Positions 27,981-40,500 of a DNA stretch of 64,000 nt are shown one piece after another. The notes under the pieces were generated by a model. The model saw only the letters and a program-made list of their open reading frames with translations. It searched no databases and was not told the origin of the DNA. The DNA lies in contig OZ004608.1 of NCBI GenBank assembly GCA_963924565.1, positions 15,314,001 through 15,378,000 of the forward strand, in the 5' to 3' direction. Position 1 is the first letter of the stretch, and every line of letters begins with the position of its first letter. Both the position numbers and the translations under genes were made by a program. Source of the stretch: Ascidiella aspersa. Taxonomy: Eukaryota.

Positions 27981-30900
27981 GTAATTACGACTATTGTTAT
28001 TACTTCTATTTTGATTTTACTCCGAATTGAGTTTTATTCCAACGTTGATGTTGTTCTAATTTCGATCTTATGGCTGGAGTTGTATAATCCGTCTTTACAG
28101 GATGGCTTTGTGCTCAATTTGACTCAATTTGGTATTAACTGTGACCTAAAAATTAGAAAGGCGTTCAAACATAGGTTACTAGCAAAGGGGTTCAAACATA
28201 GGGTCATTTAAAAAATATATTTAAAAAAATAAAACACTTAATATTTGACACGTAATGCAGCACAGGACACCGGTTTGTTATATTGTAGCAGGTGCAAATC
28301 AGTTCCATAAATTAAAGCTGAAAGGACATTTCGTCAAACGTTTTAAACTGACGCACTCGTCATTTCGTTCGTCGGTAATCATCGGTCTTAAAAGGAGAGC
28401 ATAATAAATGGCCAGGTGATGATTTCTGCGGAGAAAGGCCGCGGGCGGTTCATAGTCGAAACGCCCTCCTCTTATTGTGTTCTAAAAAGTGCATTTCGCT
28501 CACTCTATTGGCCAACGCAACTGGTCGCACAAGTTTGGTGTACAGTAACGTGATAATTCTTTTATACTAACGGTATTTTGGCAGATCGAATGATTTTAAA
28601 AGTGTTAAAATTCGTGGTAAAATATTTCCTTTTACGCCGCTCTTGCCGATAGCATTCGACATTACTCCAATCGGGAGCATCAGCCAAAAACGCCTTATTT
28701 TACAATTCAGTCGCGGTTGCTGTACAGCAGTTTTAGTGGCTCCGCACAGAGAACAGTTGCGCTTTACTATATCACGGCAGACCGTAGCAACTATAGGCAT
28801 TAATTAGCCACTGACACATCGTGACGCAGCGGCATGATGAATGTCTGCTTTTTGCACGGATTTCCTGCGCTGACTTTTGCTGCCATGGCACACCAAAGCA
28901 GCCCAATGCAAAACATTTTGGCGTGTTATATTTTTGTCTAGCTCTGTTGGCTGCAACCGTCTCAAATATTGTCAGCATTGGCAACCGGGAACACCTTTTG
29001 TTTGAATCATGGGCAATATGCTCTCACAAAAATTAAAATAGTGATTTTAGACTGTTGTAGCTTATTTCTTGTGTACAAGAAATTTTCCTTTTTAGACATT
29101 GCACACAACTTTCCAAACATTTAGCTGTCATAAACATGTTGACTTTTTCGGTAGACTACTGTATTTCATGCACTTATACATTTATATTTTTATGAATAAC
29201 AATTTACAACGTTTAATTTAAAAAAATCCGATTAATTAGGTAAATCGTTTTGATTTGGATAGAGTCCAAAACAGTGCACGTCTAACGCCCATGTTAAGCC
29301 GCTTGAAACACATGAGACCACGCGTGAGTTGTTTTTACAGCCTTGCATATAATTAGTGTTGCATATAGAGCTCGTAAGTCAAAGTACTCTATATTGCAAT
29401 ACGACCGCTATAAACAAGTTTTAATTGTTTAGTAATTTTTAATTTCTCTATTGCGATTTAGAAGGCTTTGAAATGTACATTTCCAGGGGGTACGTATGGT
29501 AGGAATGAGTTATTCCAACGAAGTTTTTCTCAACGTTCTTAGAATATTAGTTCTACATAGATTTCAAGTATAAGTTAAAAGTGTGAGGAAAGTCGATTAT
29601 GAACAGAGGGTGAACTTTTGTTTAGCAAGGCCTGCAGCCTGTGTCGTGAAGCTCGTCGCGAACTCGACGCCGCTTAAGGCTTGCGGGGTCGTCGCAGTTT
29701 CATTGTTGCGCACCCATGAAGCAACACGAAAAGCCGGTTCGCAAGGCAGCGGTCACCCCTGTTGCAGTATTTACTGCATTTGACTTTATTAGGTGTTGAT
29801 TTTAACGCAAATTGTGCCTGTTCCTGCGTCGGGCCAGCGATTCGGCTTGTGTGATTCATGACGGAATATGTCGTAACCTCGGTACTTCCAGGAAAACGCA
29901 ATTCATAAATGCGCCAGCGCAGTTATCAATGAGAGACATAATAAACGGCCTGGTCGGGTTTGTTTTTGCGCATCCGATGCAAACGGCAGCAGGCGAGGTG
30001 AATTCAAACATTCATCACCGGCTTGTTTGGATCCCGAGCGCGCCAGGATGCCCATATAGTCGCGCACAATCCGTGCTGTAATAGATGCGCACGTTTTCCG
30101 TTATCCGAGCCGCACGCAAAGAGACTTTTGATGAATGTCAGTCCGCGCAGTGAAACGTGCCAGTGAGTGGAGTGTTCGCGGCATTAGCGCTAGGGCGGGG
30201 TGCGGGTATTACGCGACAGCAGCGTATTCCGCTGTTGCCCAGGAACTTTCAGTCAACAATGACGAATGGCTAATTTTGATTTTTCTACACTATATAAACT
30301 GTGGCCCACAGTATTCCAGCAATTGTAGTGTTGCAACCAAACAGCAAATGATCAAGCTGGTTTTAAGGGTTTAAAACGTAGCTAGGCAATGTTGTACAGG
30401 AGGAAGGCTTGTACGTGGTGCAGTGTTGGGTCAGCAACTGTTTTAAGGCCACAGCTTTACTAACACTTGCTGCTGACTACAGAAATGCTCACAGCTTGCG
30501 ACATTAATATTTTAGAGGGGTACGAAGTGCGAGGTCGGACGCAAAGAAGTTGGCTTTGGCTTCAGAACGCGTTTTTTGCTTTGGAGCGTGATGTCGAACC
30601 AGGCAGCAAGTTCTTCACAGTGGAGGTAAAGATTGTGCGAATTTGAAGCACGGTTTTTATCTTTCACTGTATGAGAAAATGTGTGCATACAGCAACTCGA
30701 TATCGCACTGGTATGGCCATCTAGTTAAGATTCAACATAACCCTAAAGACGAAAAAACATCAGCTGAGAATTGATGTCTTATGCCAAATGAACAGACAAA
30801 GGTAAGATGTTTTTTATGATGTTTTGTATTGCTATTGTGAAAAGCCTTTATAAATAAAGTTTATCGTGTTAATTGTGATCTATTTTTTGCGATAACTTTT

Positions 30901-33115
30901 TTAAATCACTGGTCATCGGCCTACCATAACGATAACACCAATAGGGCGTCAAAAAACTGGAAACTATAAACACGTTTTGATATTTCCTTCCAGATAAAAG
31001 AGCAGCATCGTCGAACGGAGGTATTGAACCACAGGAAACTTCAGCTTTCAAAAATGTCTGTTAAAACTACTGGTCCCGTTGCTTTGGTCCTTATTTTCGT
31101 GGAAATAGGCTTTACTTGAGTTTGGCCATTTTATAGACTTTACTTAACTATCGCCCATCTAATAGTAATAACTATAACATTTTTGCATGACTATAACATT
31201 TTTGTAATTATATTCGCCGAATCGATGTTGTATCGTACCTTCAATAAAATAAAAAAAAATATTACTATGACAACTGCTTTTCTGGCGCCAACCGGTTAAG
31301 GTTATAGAGAAAATGATATCGTGAAAGTTTAATACGTTATATTATATTTAACGTCCTTCCGACACAACGAACCCTATCATCCAAGTTTTGTATTGATAAT
31401 AATACATGACAAAAACATGAAATAATATTTAGGCATCCTGAACATTTTTTGGGTATTTTCTGATTTGTATATTTTAATCTGTATTCAGTTTGGATTGCAC
31501 AATTTAACCCCTCACTGAGAGTGCGCCCATCCGCGAAATACCTCCTTATCCATTCAACCAAATCGCGGGCAACTGCCTGCAGAACAACACAGGTTATTTG
31601 GGACTAAAACTTCGTATTAGGTTGTAATGTCGTCCGTAAAGGTAAAGAGGCATTTTTCGATGTCCAGCGCTTGTTTGACTATAATCGTTTTACATTTAGT
31701 ACGGACGAGTGCGATGAATTACAAATCTATTGCTAAATCAGGTCAGTAGTGAACAGTTGATAGAGTTACTAAAATTAAGTTTCTGCTGCTGGTTTCTGTA
31801 CATACCGTTTAGCGCTGAAATTTTATCAATTTAACACAGGTATAGCAGCAGCTTTTCAGTAGCAACGGAAGTGATTAATAAAAGGTCATTGTGCAACTTT
31901 GTCGCCAGCAAATATGCTTTTAATGTCACATGTGATGTTTCAATAATTGACAATTATAAAAAAACTAAAACTATTTGAATGCCTTGAACTAGTTTAAAGG
32001 TAGGCAACTTTCATACAGTGTTTGCGTAGTGGTTTTCGAACATTTTGCTTGCGACGAATTTAGAATTTTCACCAATTTCAATTTATGTGTTGGTTCGTAA
32101 TAGAAAATCAAAATTATTCGCTGTAGTTTTTCGTAGCAATTAACGATTTAAAATGCAAGTGTCAGGAAATAATAATAATATATTTGTAAGCCTTTTATTA
32201 CCAAAAACAAGTTGTAAAACATATTTTAGCGGTTAACGTTATCCATAACGTCATGTCGACGATCAAAGTGATTCAATCAAGCATATCACTTGTCATTAGT
32301 AGAAACTTATTGTGCATATAGATGTTGTAAAAGCCACGTGAAAATATTATTTACAATATTAAACGACTAAGCAGCTGTTAGCGATCTAAATCGTTCTTAA
32401 ACCCACAATAAAGTTTTTATTTCTTTTTGTTTTAAAAAAACGAAACTGGATATTTATCAACCTAGGCGTCAAAACAGTGCTCTAAATTGCCGACGTAAAA
32501 GTTAAAAAAAAACATAAATAGGGCTTCAGATTTTGCGGCCATGACTGACACCAATGAAAAAGGACACAGTATTTTTAAATTCTATTTTATACATGACTTT
32601 TGTTTGACAAGAGACAAAATACGAAAAACATATTCTTGATTGTACGGTACCAACGTTTATATACCAGTTATTCCGTCTGCTGATAGTTTACTCAGCTATT
32701 AAACTCGTGACCCCAATATTTTATCCAGACTATCCGTTCGCGCAATCTCATTATGACATTCAGCTGAGCAACGAGCATGACCAGCACATTTTAATGTCAC
32801 GCGTACTAATTACAAACAATTTAAATCTATATAACCCTTAGTTTTTTTTTCACGAAATTGCTCAACGTTAAACTACGAAGTTGAAAATGTCTCTTCATGT
32901 TTTGTTTAATATTTCGAATAAAACATCATTATTCAGCATAATCACGCGTGTTGCTAACTGTATGCCTGCGTAGATCACCTGCTGTATATAAGAGTTACAA
33001 TCAGATAGTTTTAAGGTTGTTTAGAAAAATACTACATATACAAATCTTTGTTATGCATAGACCTAGGTTAGAGGTCACGGCTTACTTGAAACAAACGTTT
33101 TGTAATACATATAGG

Positions 33116-33278
33116 CAGTGTTTTTTTTAAGGTGTTTTGGGGGACCGAAACGGTCCCCCAAATTTCTCCAGCGGTTTCCCAAATTTTGGACTTGCAACTT
33201 TTTGGTATTTAAATGAAACACTTGCGGTCTCTTAAAACTACTTAGCGGTCACCCAAACCAAACCTTAAAAAAACCCTG
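33116..33278. mobile_element. hAT-type MITE
   Basis: TIRs cagtgttttttttaagg / ccttaaaaaaaccctg; TSD catatagg / catatata. Confidence 0.72.
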
Positions 33279-34172
33279 CATATATAGGTATACCAGATTT
33301 TTTAGCTCAAAATCCGCTTCCTAACCGTTAACTTATCCAGCATTTTTCTAGTCTTTTAAGAATGACGTCATAAAACAATTAACTGAATAAAGCTTTTTGT
33401 TGCCAGTCAAATTTTCGCGCAAATTTGCAATCAAAATAAAAATGTAATGTCTTACTACTGTGTTCACGACAAATTGGGAAGTTAAATAATTCGCTCGACA
33501 AAATTTGCCTGTAGTAATTTATTTTTAACAAGATTCATACAAAAACGGTTCGCAAACAACTAAAAGGGTTTTTTGTCTCGGTTATCTGCATTAAATTTGC
33601 ACTACAAAAAAGAACACCCTATTCTACGACAAGTGCTCCTTAGCCTTTAACTATAGTGCTATTAATAATAAAGAACACTTTCAAGGAGATATAGTATTAT
33701 ACAGGGTTACTTTAGGTAATCTGGAAATATTAGTATGAAAATCGGACATTTTAAGGCAACAATAGTTAGCATAATCCTAGTGCGAAGGAACACAATAATC
33801 ACTTCACATACTAAAATAGTAGCCTACATACATTTTTTGCATTTACATACGGTAAGTAAAGTTGGCAAAACTACACAAGCCAAAAGTCCTGTAGCAAACC
33901 GGCAAAAAAATTGTTGAGATACACTGAGATAGATTACGTTGGGAACACACAATTAGACGTATAAAGTATCTATAAAGTATCAGTATCTACAGCGGAAATA
34001 TCTATTTATTATACGTAGTAAATACCATTAAATATAACTTCAGAGGCAACCTATGTGTATGTATTTTACATTGACTTGACATGTTACTGTAAATCCTCTT
34101 CAATATGAAGTTGTGGTTTCTAACAGGATGCCGCAAGCAATGGTCTTATGGTTGTTTCTCTTGTTGCACTAA

Positions 34173-34247
34173 ACCTGTGTAGCTCAGTTGGTAGAAAGAC
34201 GGTCCCAGTATGGCTGGAGGTCGTGAGTTCAAACCTTACCGCAGTCT
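34173..34247 (+). pseudogene. Degenerate tRNA-like sequence (tRNA pseudogene or tRNA-derived SINE head)
   Basis: A-box tagctcagttggtaga, B-box gttcaaacc, anticodon stem cggtc/ggctg with 7-nt loop ccagtat, T stem gtgag/cttac, partial acceptor stem ctgtg/cgcag. The D stem is broken and U33 is missing, so it is unlikely to be a functional tRNA. Confidence 0.7.
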
Positions 34248-34505
34248 ATATTTGTTTTCTTAGCGTGCCTTGCTTGCATCATTGATCGATTGATTCGGTT
34301 AGTTCAGTGTTTCCCTATAGGTGGGTACCACCTCTATGTGGACATTTAAGAGTTACAAGGGGGCGTTGTGAATCTTTTCCTAATTTGGGTGGCGTTAAAT
34401 GCATATAAATTGCAGTTAATGAAATTTTGTTACAAAATTGCGCCACCCTTCCGGCTTCCGCCCCTGCTGGAGAGAAAATGTTATAAAAAAAAACTTTTAC
34501 TACAG

Positions 34506-37500
34506 CAGAGTGCGAATATCAAAACCTACCTGCCTGCAGACGTGTTGCCAAAGGATGGATTGCTCTTCCGAACAAACTTGGCTACGGAAGTCAAGCAGAA
34601 ATCATCATTTCGCCAGAATACAGGTATAAACATCAGTGACTATATATCGTGTTTGTGCACCACTTGAGCTTAAAATTTTTTTGGCCCCAGTAATGTGGAC
34701 GTCTTTTAAATTGAAGGATATTTTAAAGTAATGTTTTGCTATACTACTAATACTCATTATACTGTCATCAAAAACGTATTTTCCTTGACAATTAGAAAAA
34801 AAATTATTTAATAGAAACCTTATCCAAGGTCAGCGACTCAAACAACCCTAATTGTGCCTCTAAACATGTTTGCTTACCAAAACAAAGTAATGTAAAACTA
34901 GATGTTATAAAATCTAAAAGTTTATTGTGAGTACATGAAGCTTAACATGTCATGTACGTTACAAACAGGTTTTTGAAAAATGTATCGGAATCGCTAGGTG
35001 GCAACAAAGATCGCGAAAATATGTTTTCGTCAGACATCGAAAAAGATTGCAAAATTCAGGTGAATAATGTTGTCATGATTTGTTTTTCTGCACTGATTTA
35101 CAATATGGTTAATATCAATATGGTTTAGGTCGCGCTAATGTGTTTTTTTTGCCGAAAGCAAAGATTTTATGTAAAGCATGTCTGGATTGTCTGTGTAAGC
35201 AAATATTTTTGCTCGCCTTTTAGGTTGGTGCAAATAGAAATCCCTATAGTGCTATATGCGCCTGCACACCATTTGAAAATGAATTCACAGATATATCAGC
35301 TTGCCTGTGGAGTTTTGGCTCCGAAATGTTTCTACATGAATCGAATCAGCGTAAGCGGTTTATACCCGTGCCAAAGCACTTGCTTGGAGGTCGAGGCAGG
35401 GTAAGTCAACACCGTACATACGAAAGTACTGGGAGAAATGAATAAGGGTGTGATACGTTTTTTTGTACTTTATTGATTTATATGGGAGACAACGTGGTAT
35501 GGGGATCATCAAAAACAAAAACTTCATCTGACCCTCAAATCAGTGTTGCCTATATAAGTCATGTAGTACTTATGCCTCCAAAATATTATATATTAAGTAT
35601 TTTAATCCCGTTACTATATAGTTTTACTGTTTAAATGTGTAGTTCAAAATCAAAGGTATGAACTTTAGCAAACACAATAAAGCTGTAATTTTAGGTGCAG
35701 AGATCTACTCGAAGCTCATGGATTGGAGTGGCCTGAGTTTTTGGAGTGCGACAGCTTTCGGGACTCGGACGAGTCAAGCGTCTGTCGCACATCGCGTCAG
35801 CTTTTAGGTTAGATTTAGTACAGGGGCGGATCCAGGGGCACGTGGCCGTGGAAAACAAGACATTTTGTCCCCTTTAACTACACCAAAGCAAAATTTTCCA
35901 GGCTTGGTGCGAATCTGAATTATGTTTTCTAGTATGTCTAAAGCGATTTGTATAATAGTTTTAGAACAAAGGCGCCCTGCGTTGTATCGCAATATCGAAG
36001 TTTTGGCAACTTGAACGATTAAAAGGCGTTTTCGCTTTGCGCGAATCGATAACATCTCTATAACGAAGCTTTTCTATTAAAAGTAACACCATACGTAACC
36101 GTATACCTAAACAAGATAAATTAACTATGTGGTGTTCTTAAGGTTATTTTTCATGACGTCACGTTTAGATGTAACACTTGTCGCCACGATATGACGTAAC
36201 GTTGTGACGTCACATCTGAAAAAATATCATGCCCCATACAAAATCCTGGATCCGCGTCTGATTTAATACGAATACATTTAGTTATCGACTTGTTAAAAAG
36301 TATACCTGTTTACTTTATAACCAATATTAAAGTATCTTGGATAAGCGAATATTTACTTACAACATGTCAACTGATGGGCAGCTGCCATGCCAACTGGCTA
36401 CGACTGATTACAGGCCTATAAAGTAATTGTTTTTGCCAACTGGCTACGACTGATTACAGGCCTATAAAGTAATTGTTTTTTTTTTGCTTGCGGACACTAA
36501 ACAAATAAAGAAACACCACGGCACAGTTTCTTCAATCAATATTATCATTATACTTGATAATTGCTTTTCATACATGACAAAGCAATATGAATAGGTAAAT
36601 ATGTGATATTACCAATTATCAGAAAACGTTCCTAAGCACTCTAGAAAATAACTAGAGGCACACTGTTTGAGAACCACTTGTCTATAGACTGTTTGTTTAA
36701 TATGATTTTATATCCTTGAACAGGAGGCTCCAAACTACGGCCCGTGACAAAGTTTGTAAAAGCCAAAATGTTTGTCGGATACAAATAAATTTTGATAAAA
36801 TTTTAACTAAATTGACAATTTTATAATCCTATCACTGGTATTTGTTTTGTTGAAAATTTTGTTTTATCTTTTTCTTAATTAGACAAGTCAGTAAGGTACA
36901 ACGCAAGGTTTTAAATCCGGTCCGCGAGCTTCATTTCTGACAGATAACCGACCCGCTTGCCAGTCCTTACAGTTATCCAGAACTTTATGAAAAAAGTTTG
37001 GTGTTAACAGTAGGGGAAATGCATCTGTAATGATAAGTGTCATCGCGGTAATGACATTTTTTACCCTTTGCTCATGGTTAATAGCAGGACCCATTTCAAT
37101 TTATTTATTCTTTCCTGGCATCCATCAACAAAAAACGATTGTTTACTGTTTAATGTTTGCTAGTTCCGTTGTCTCGATCAAGTCACCTTGATAACGTGTG
37201 GAAGAATCATGGTTTCAGCCACAAACCACTTGACAATTTTTCATACATTCACCACGATTATGCTGCAACTATGAAGGTATGAACTAAATAGCTAAACAAG
37301 GTCTACAAACTTTAGAAATGCTGCACATATATTTGCAAACAATTTCAAATATTATTATTCTAACAATTAGTTTAATTCAAATAAAGGAGTGTGCTAAGTC
37401 TGCATTTTCCTATTGTTTTTAATAGGCCGCCATAAGGGTGCATATAATTCCTCATGGGGTGTTTATCGCTTACCTTCGTTTCGCACTTTGGAATATAAGT

Positions 37501-40500
37501 GTTTTTATAAAAAAAAATAGCTTTCAGTCTACGAGTTGAGGTAATATCCGCCTAAATGATTTTTTACTTGTAGGTCCTGAAACAAATAGTGCGCTCCTGT
37601 CCTGATATTACTCGTCTCTATACGGTGGGCAAGTCGGTGCAAAAGAGATCGCTGCTCGTACTTGAGTTTTCCGACCTTCCTGGTAAACACGAAGCACTGG
37701 AACCCGAGTTCAAGTGGATTGGCGCTATCCACGGCAACGAGGTGCTGCTGTTAAACTCAATGTTTAAGTAAATATGAACAAGAATTGTGTATTGTGAGTT
37801 TTTTGTAACAAAAAAGTTACGGAATACGCATATCAAAAAAAATATTTTTTCCACGTTGTTAGAAATATGATTCATCACCCATTAATGTACAACATTCTGA
37901 TAAGCTGGCTAAAATTAACACCTACTTTTATTTTTATGTTACTTTGCGGTAATTATATAGGTTCTGGGTAAGGAATTGCTTTTAAAGTTGGCACATTTCT
38001 TCTGCCAAGAATGGCAAAACAACAATACCGACGTGAGAGCCATGATCACGAGCTCACGAATTCACATCATGCCGTGCATGAACCCGGATGGTTATCATTT
38101 GGCAAACAAACAGGTACAGAGAACTTCGCCAATAGTAATCAAAAGCTTTTAAGGCCAAAGTTTAACTTTTATTTTATTTAAGGCACCGAACGCGAGAGAC
38201 TGGTTAACTGGGAGGTTCTCAGCTCGTGGCCACGACCTTAATCGTCAATTTCCCGACCTTACTTCCAAAGTTTACCGATACGAGAAAAAAGGAGGACCGA
38301 ACAATCACCTGAAGATACCGACATCCTATTGGCGCACTCACACCCAGGTAACAATCAACTAGTAAGTTTTATTATTTCGGAAAATCGACCCGTGAATACT
38401 GGAATGACTGGTAAAATATTGTTGGGCATGCAAGCTATGTAAATGACTACAAATAGATTAATCTCTATTCTTTAGTGACTTATTTATTTAGGGTTTTAAC
38501 TCCACAAATAATTGTCTATAAACGCGTAAGCAATGCTCTAAAACAGTGCTTCCCACTTTTTTCAGTTCGCGATCCACTTTTAATGCAAGTTTTATTTTGC
38601 GAGTCACAATGAGATATAACCAAACACACAAATATACACAAATTTACATAAAAAATGCATCTTTACTACTGACGTACGTACTGAAATAGTTAATATGGCA
38701 CAACATACTTAATTGTTACGTATTTGTGATGTGGTTGCATAAATTGTACGTCATGATAATTCAATAATTTCCCAATCGATTAGAAAACGTTAACATTTAG
38801 ACCCACTGGTTTGGGAGCACTGCTCTAAAATATAACTGTTAAACATCTGTGCCACTAAGATCAAAAGTAGTATAAGAGTCTTCTTCACCATCCGGCAATC
38901 TTAGAAATGATCAGACGGGAAATTAGGCAATTGGTGGCCAACGTTTGTTTAATGGCTTTTAAAAGTGGTGACCTTCAGTTGTAGTCATTTTGCTTCGCAG
39001 AGCAAAGACCCGGAGGTGTTCGCGGTTATGGACTGGATAGACCGCTATCCCTTTGTGCTTTCGTCGCAACTGCACGGCGGCGATTTGGTGGCCAACTACC
39101 CGTACGACGTGAGGCGCTCAGGGAAGAGGCGATATGGCAGAGGTCGCAACAAGCACTACTCGAGGTGTCCCGACGACCGAGTCTTTCGGCAGCTTTCCGC
39201 ACTCTATGCGACGGTTGGTGGCGTCGTTGAGATTTTACGGCAGCAAACCTTTTGCAGGAATTCTACTTGCTGCAGACTTAATGTCGTTGTTTGTACTACC
39301 GACATTTCCAGCAATGCAAATGGTGACATTTGGACTGCAACTAACATGATTCCTTTATATGTAAACTTTGCATCCATTCATAGTAACATCATATCAGTTA
39401 TACACAAAATTTTATTTTAAATAACATTTTAATCTAGTCTTAGACTTTAATAAAGAAATAAACCATTAAAATAAAACAAACAATATAATTTTCGCCCCCT
39501 TGTGGAATGTCATTTTGCTTCTAGGCCTAAACGGGCTCATTTTGTGTAATAGAACCACGGGAAAATGTCCAGTCCAACACTCAACAGGTGTTCTTACTTT
39601 GGGCGACAAGGTGGAATTACAAACGGAGCTGCCTGGTATAGTCTCTTAGGAGGTAAGAAAGAAATATTCTGCATAGGTTATCAGGGCAATGTTGGTGTCT
39701 AGTGTCGTTTAATATAGCCTGTCAATTGTTTTTAATCAAATTCCTTATATTGACGTGTTGTTGTGGTTTATTTACTTATTACAAAAGCAAATTGGTTGTA
39801 GGATTATAGACGGCACAATCTTAAATGCAGAAAATTAGGGCAGGGTCAATTTTTTTAACTGTTGTATGCTCGGTTAACTGAAATCCATTGAAAAAATCTT
39901 TAAAGATCATTATTAAACAAATTACTAACATTATGAATATTTAAACTGTTGCTACCAGGCATGGTAATATAAATCAAAAACAGCTCCTGAACGTCAAAAC
40001 TGACGCGATGTTTTCTGCATGCTACAAGCATCTGCTGAAGGACTAGAGGGAGTCGCTAATTATTTTCTTATCGTTTCGTTGCTCGAGTTTATTTCTGTTT
40101 TTTCCTTTTTTTGCTTTCCATTTATTGTACGAGCGTTCAGTGTCATTCACCCTGACGAAGGCGGCTTGTATAGGTTGCCGAAACGTTGGTTAACAATTAC
40201 AATTACCAGAGGAGCTGTTTTTGATTTATATTATGAATATTGTTGCGAAATTGTATCAGTATTGATATAGTCGAGTTACCATATTTATTAAGGGATGCAG
40301 GATTTCAACTATCTTCATAGCAACTGCTTTGAAACGACGATGGAACTCGGCTGCGTAAAGTTTCCTCCTGCAAGTCATCTTCACGGCGAGTGGATCAGCA
40401 ACAAGCAATCATTGATCCTGTATACAAAAGCGGTTGGTAATAGCGTCTCGCAAACTCGTTACCTATTACGTTGTCACACACTAGACAACATACCTTCTGT

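Noticed and set aside
28821-29036. Signal-peptide-like stretch HFGVLYFCLALLAATVS as CPZ exon 1
   Set aside because: No in-frame ATG and no convincing donor.
34173-34247. Functional tRNA-Thr(AGT)
   Set aside because: Broken D stem, incomplete acceptor stem and C in place of U33.
36724-36751. Possible CPZ linker micro-exon
   Set aside because: It would end in the wrong phase; 35807 joins 37164 directly in frame.
40019-40270. Near-identical small ORFs here and at 53074-53259 (..IHPDEGGLY(R/K)LPKRW..)
   Set aside because: Translations of the retroelement UTR and ribozyme; similarity is at the nucleotide level.
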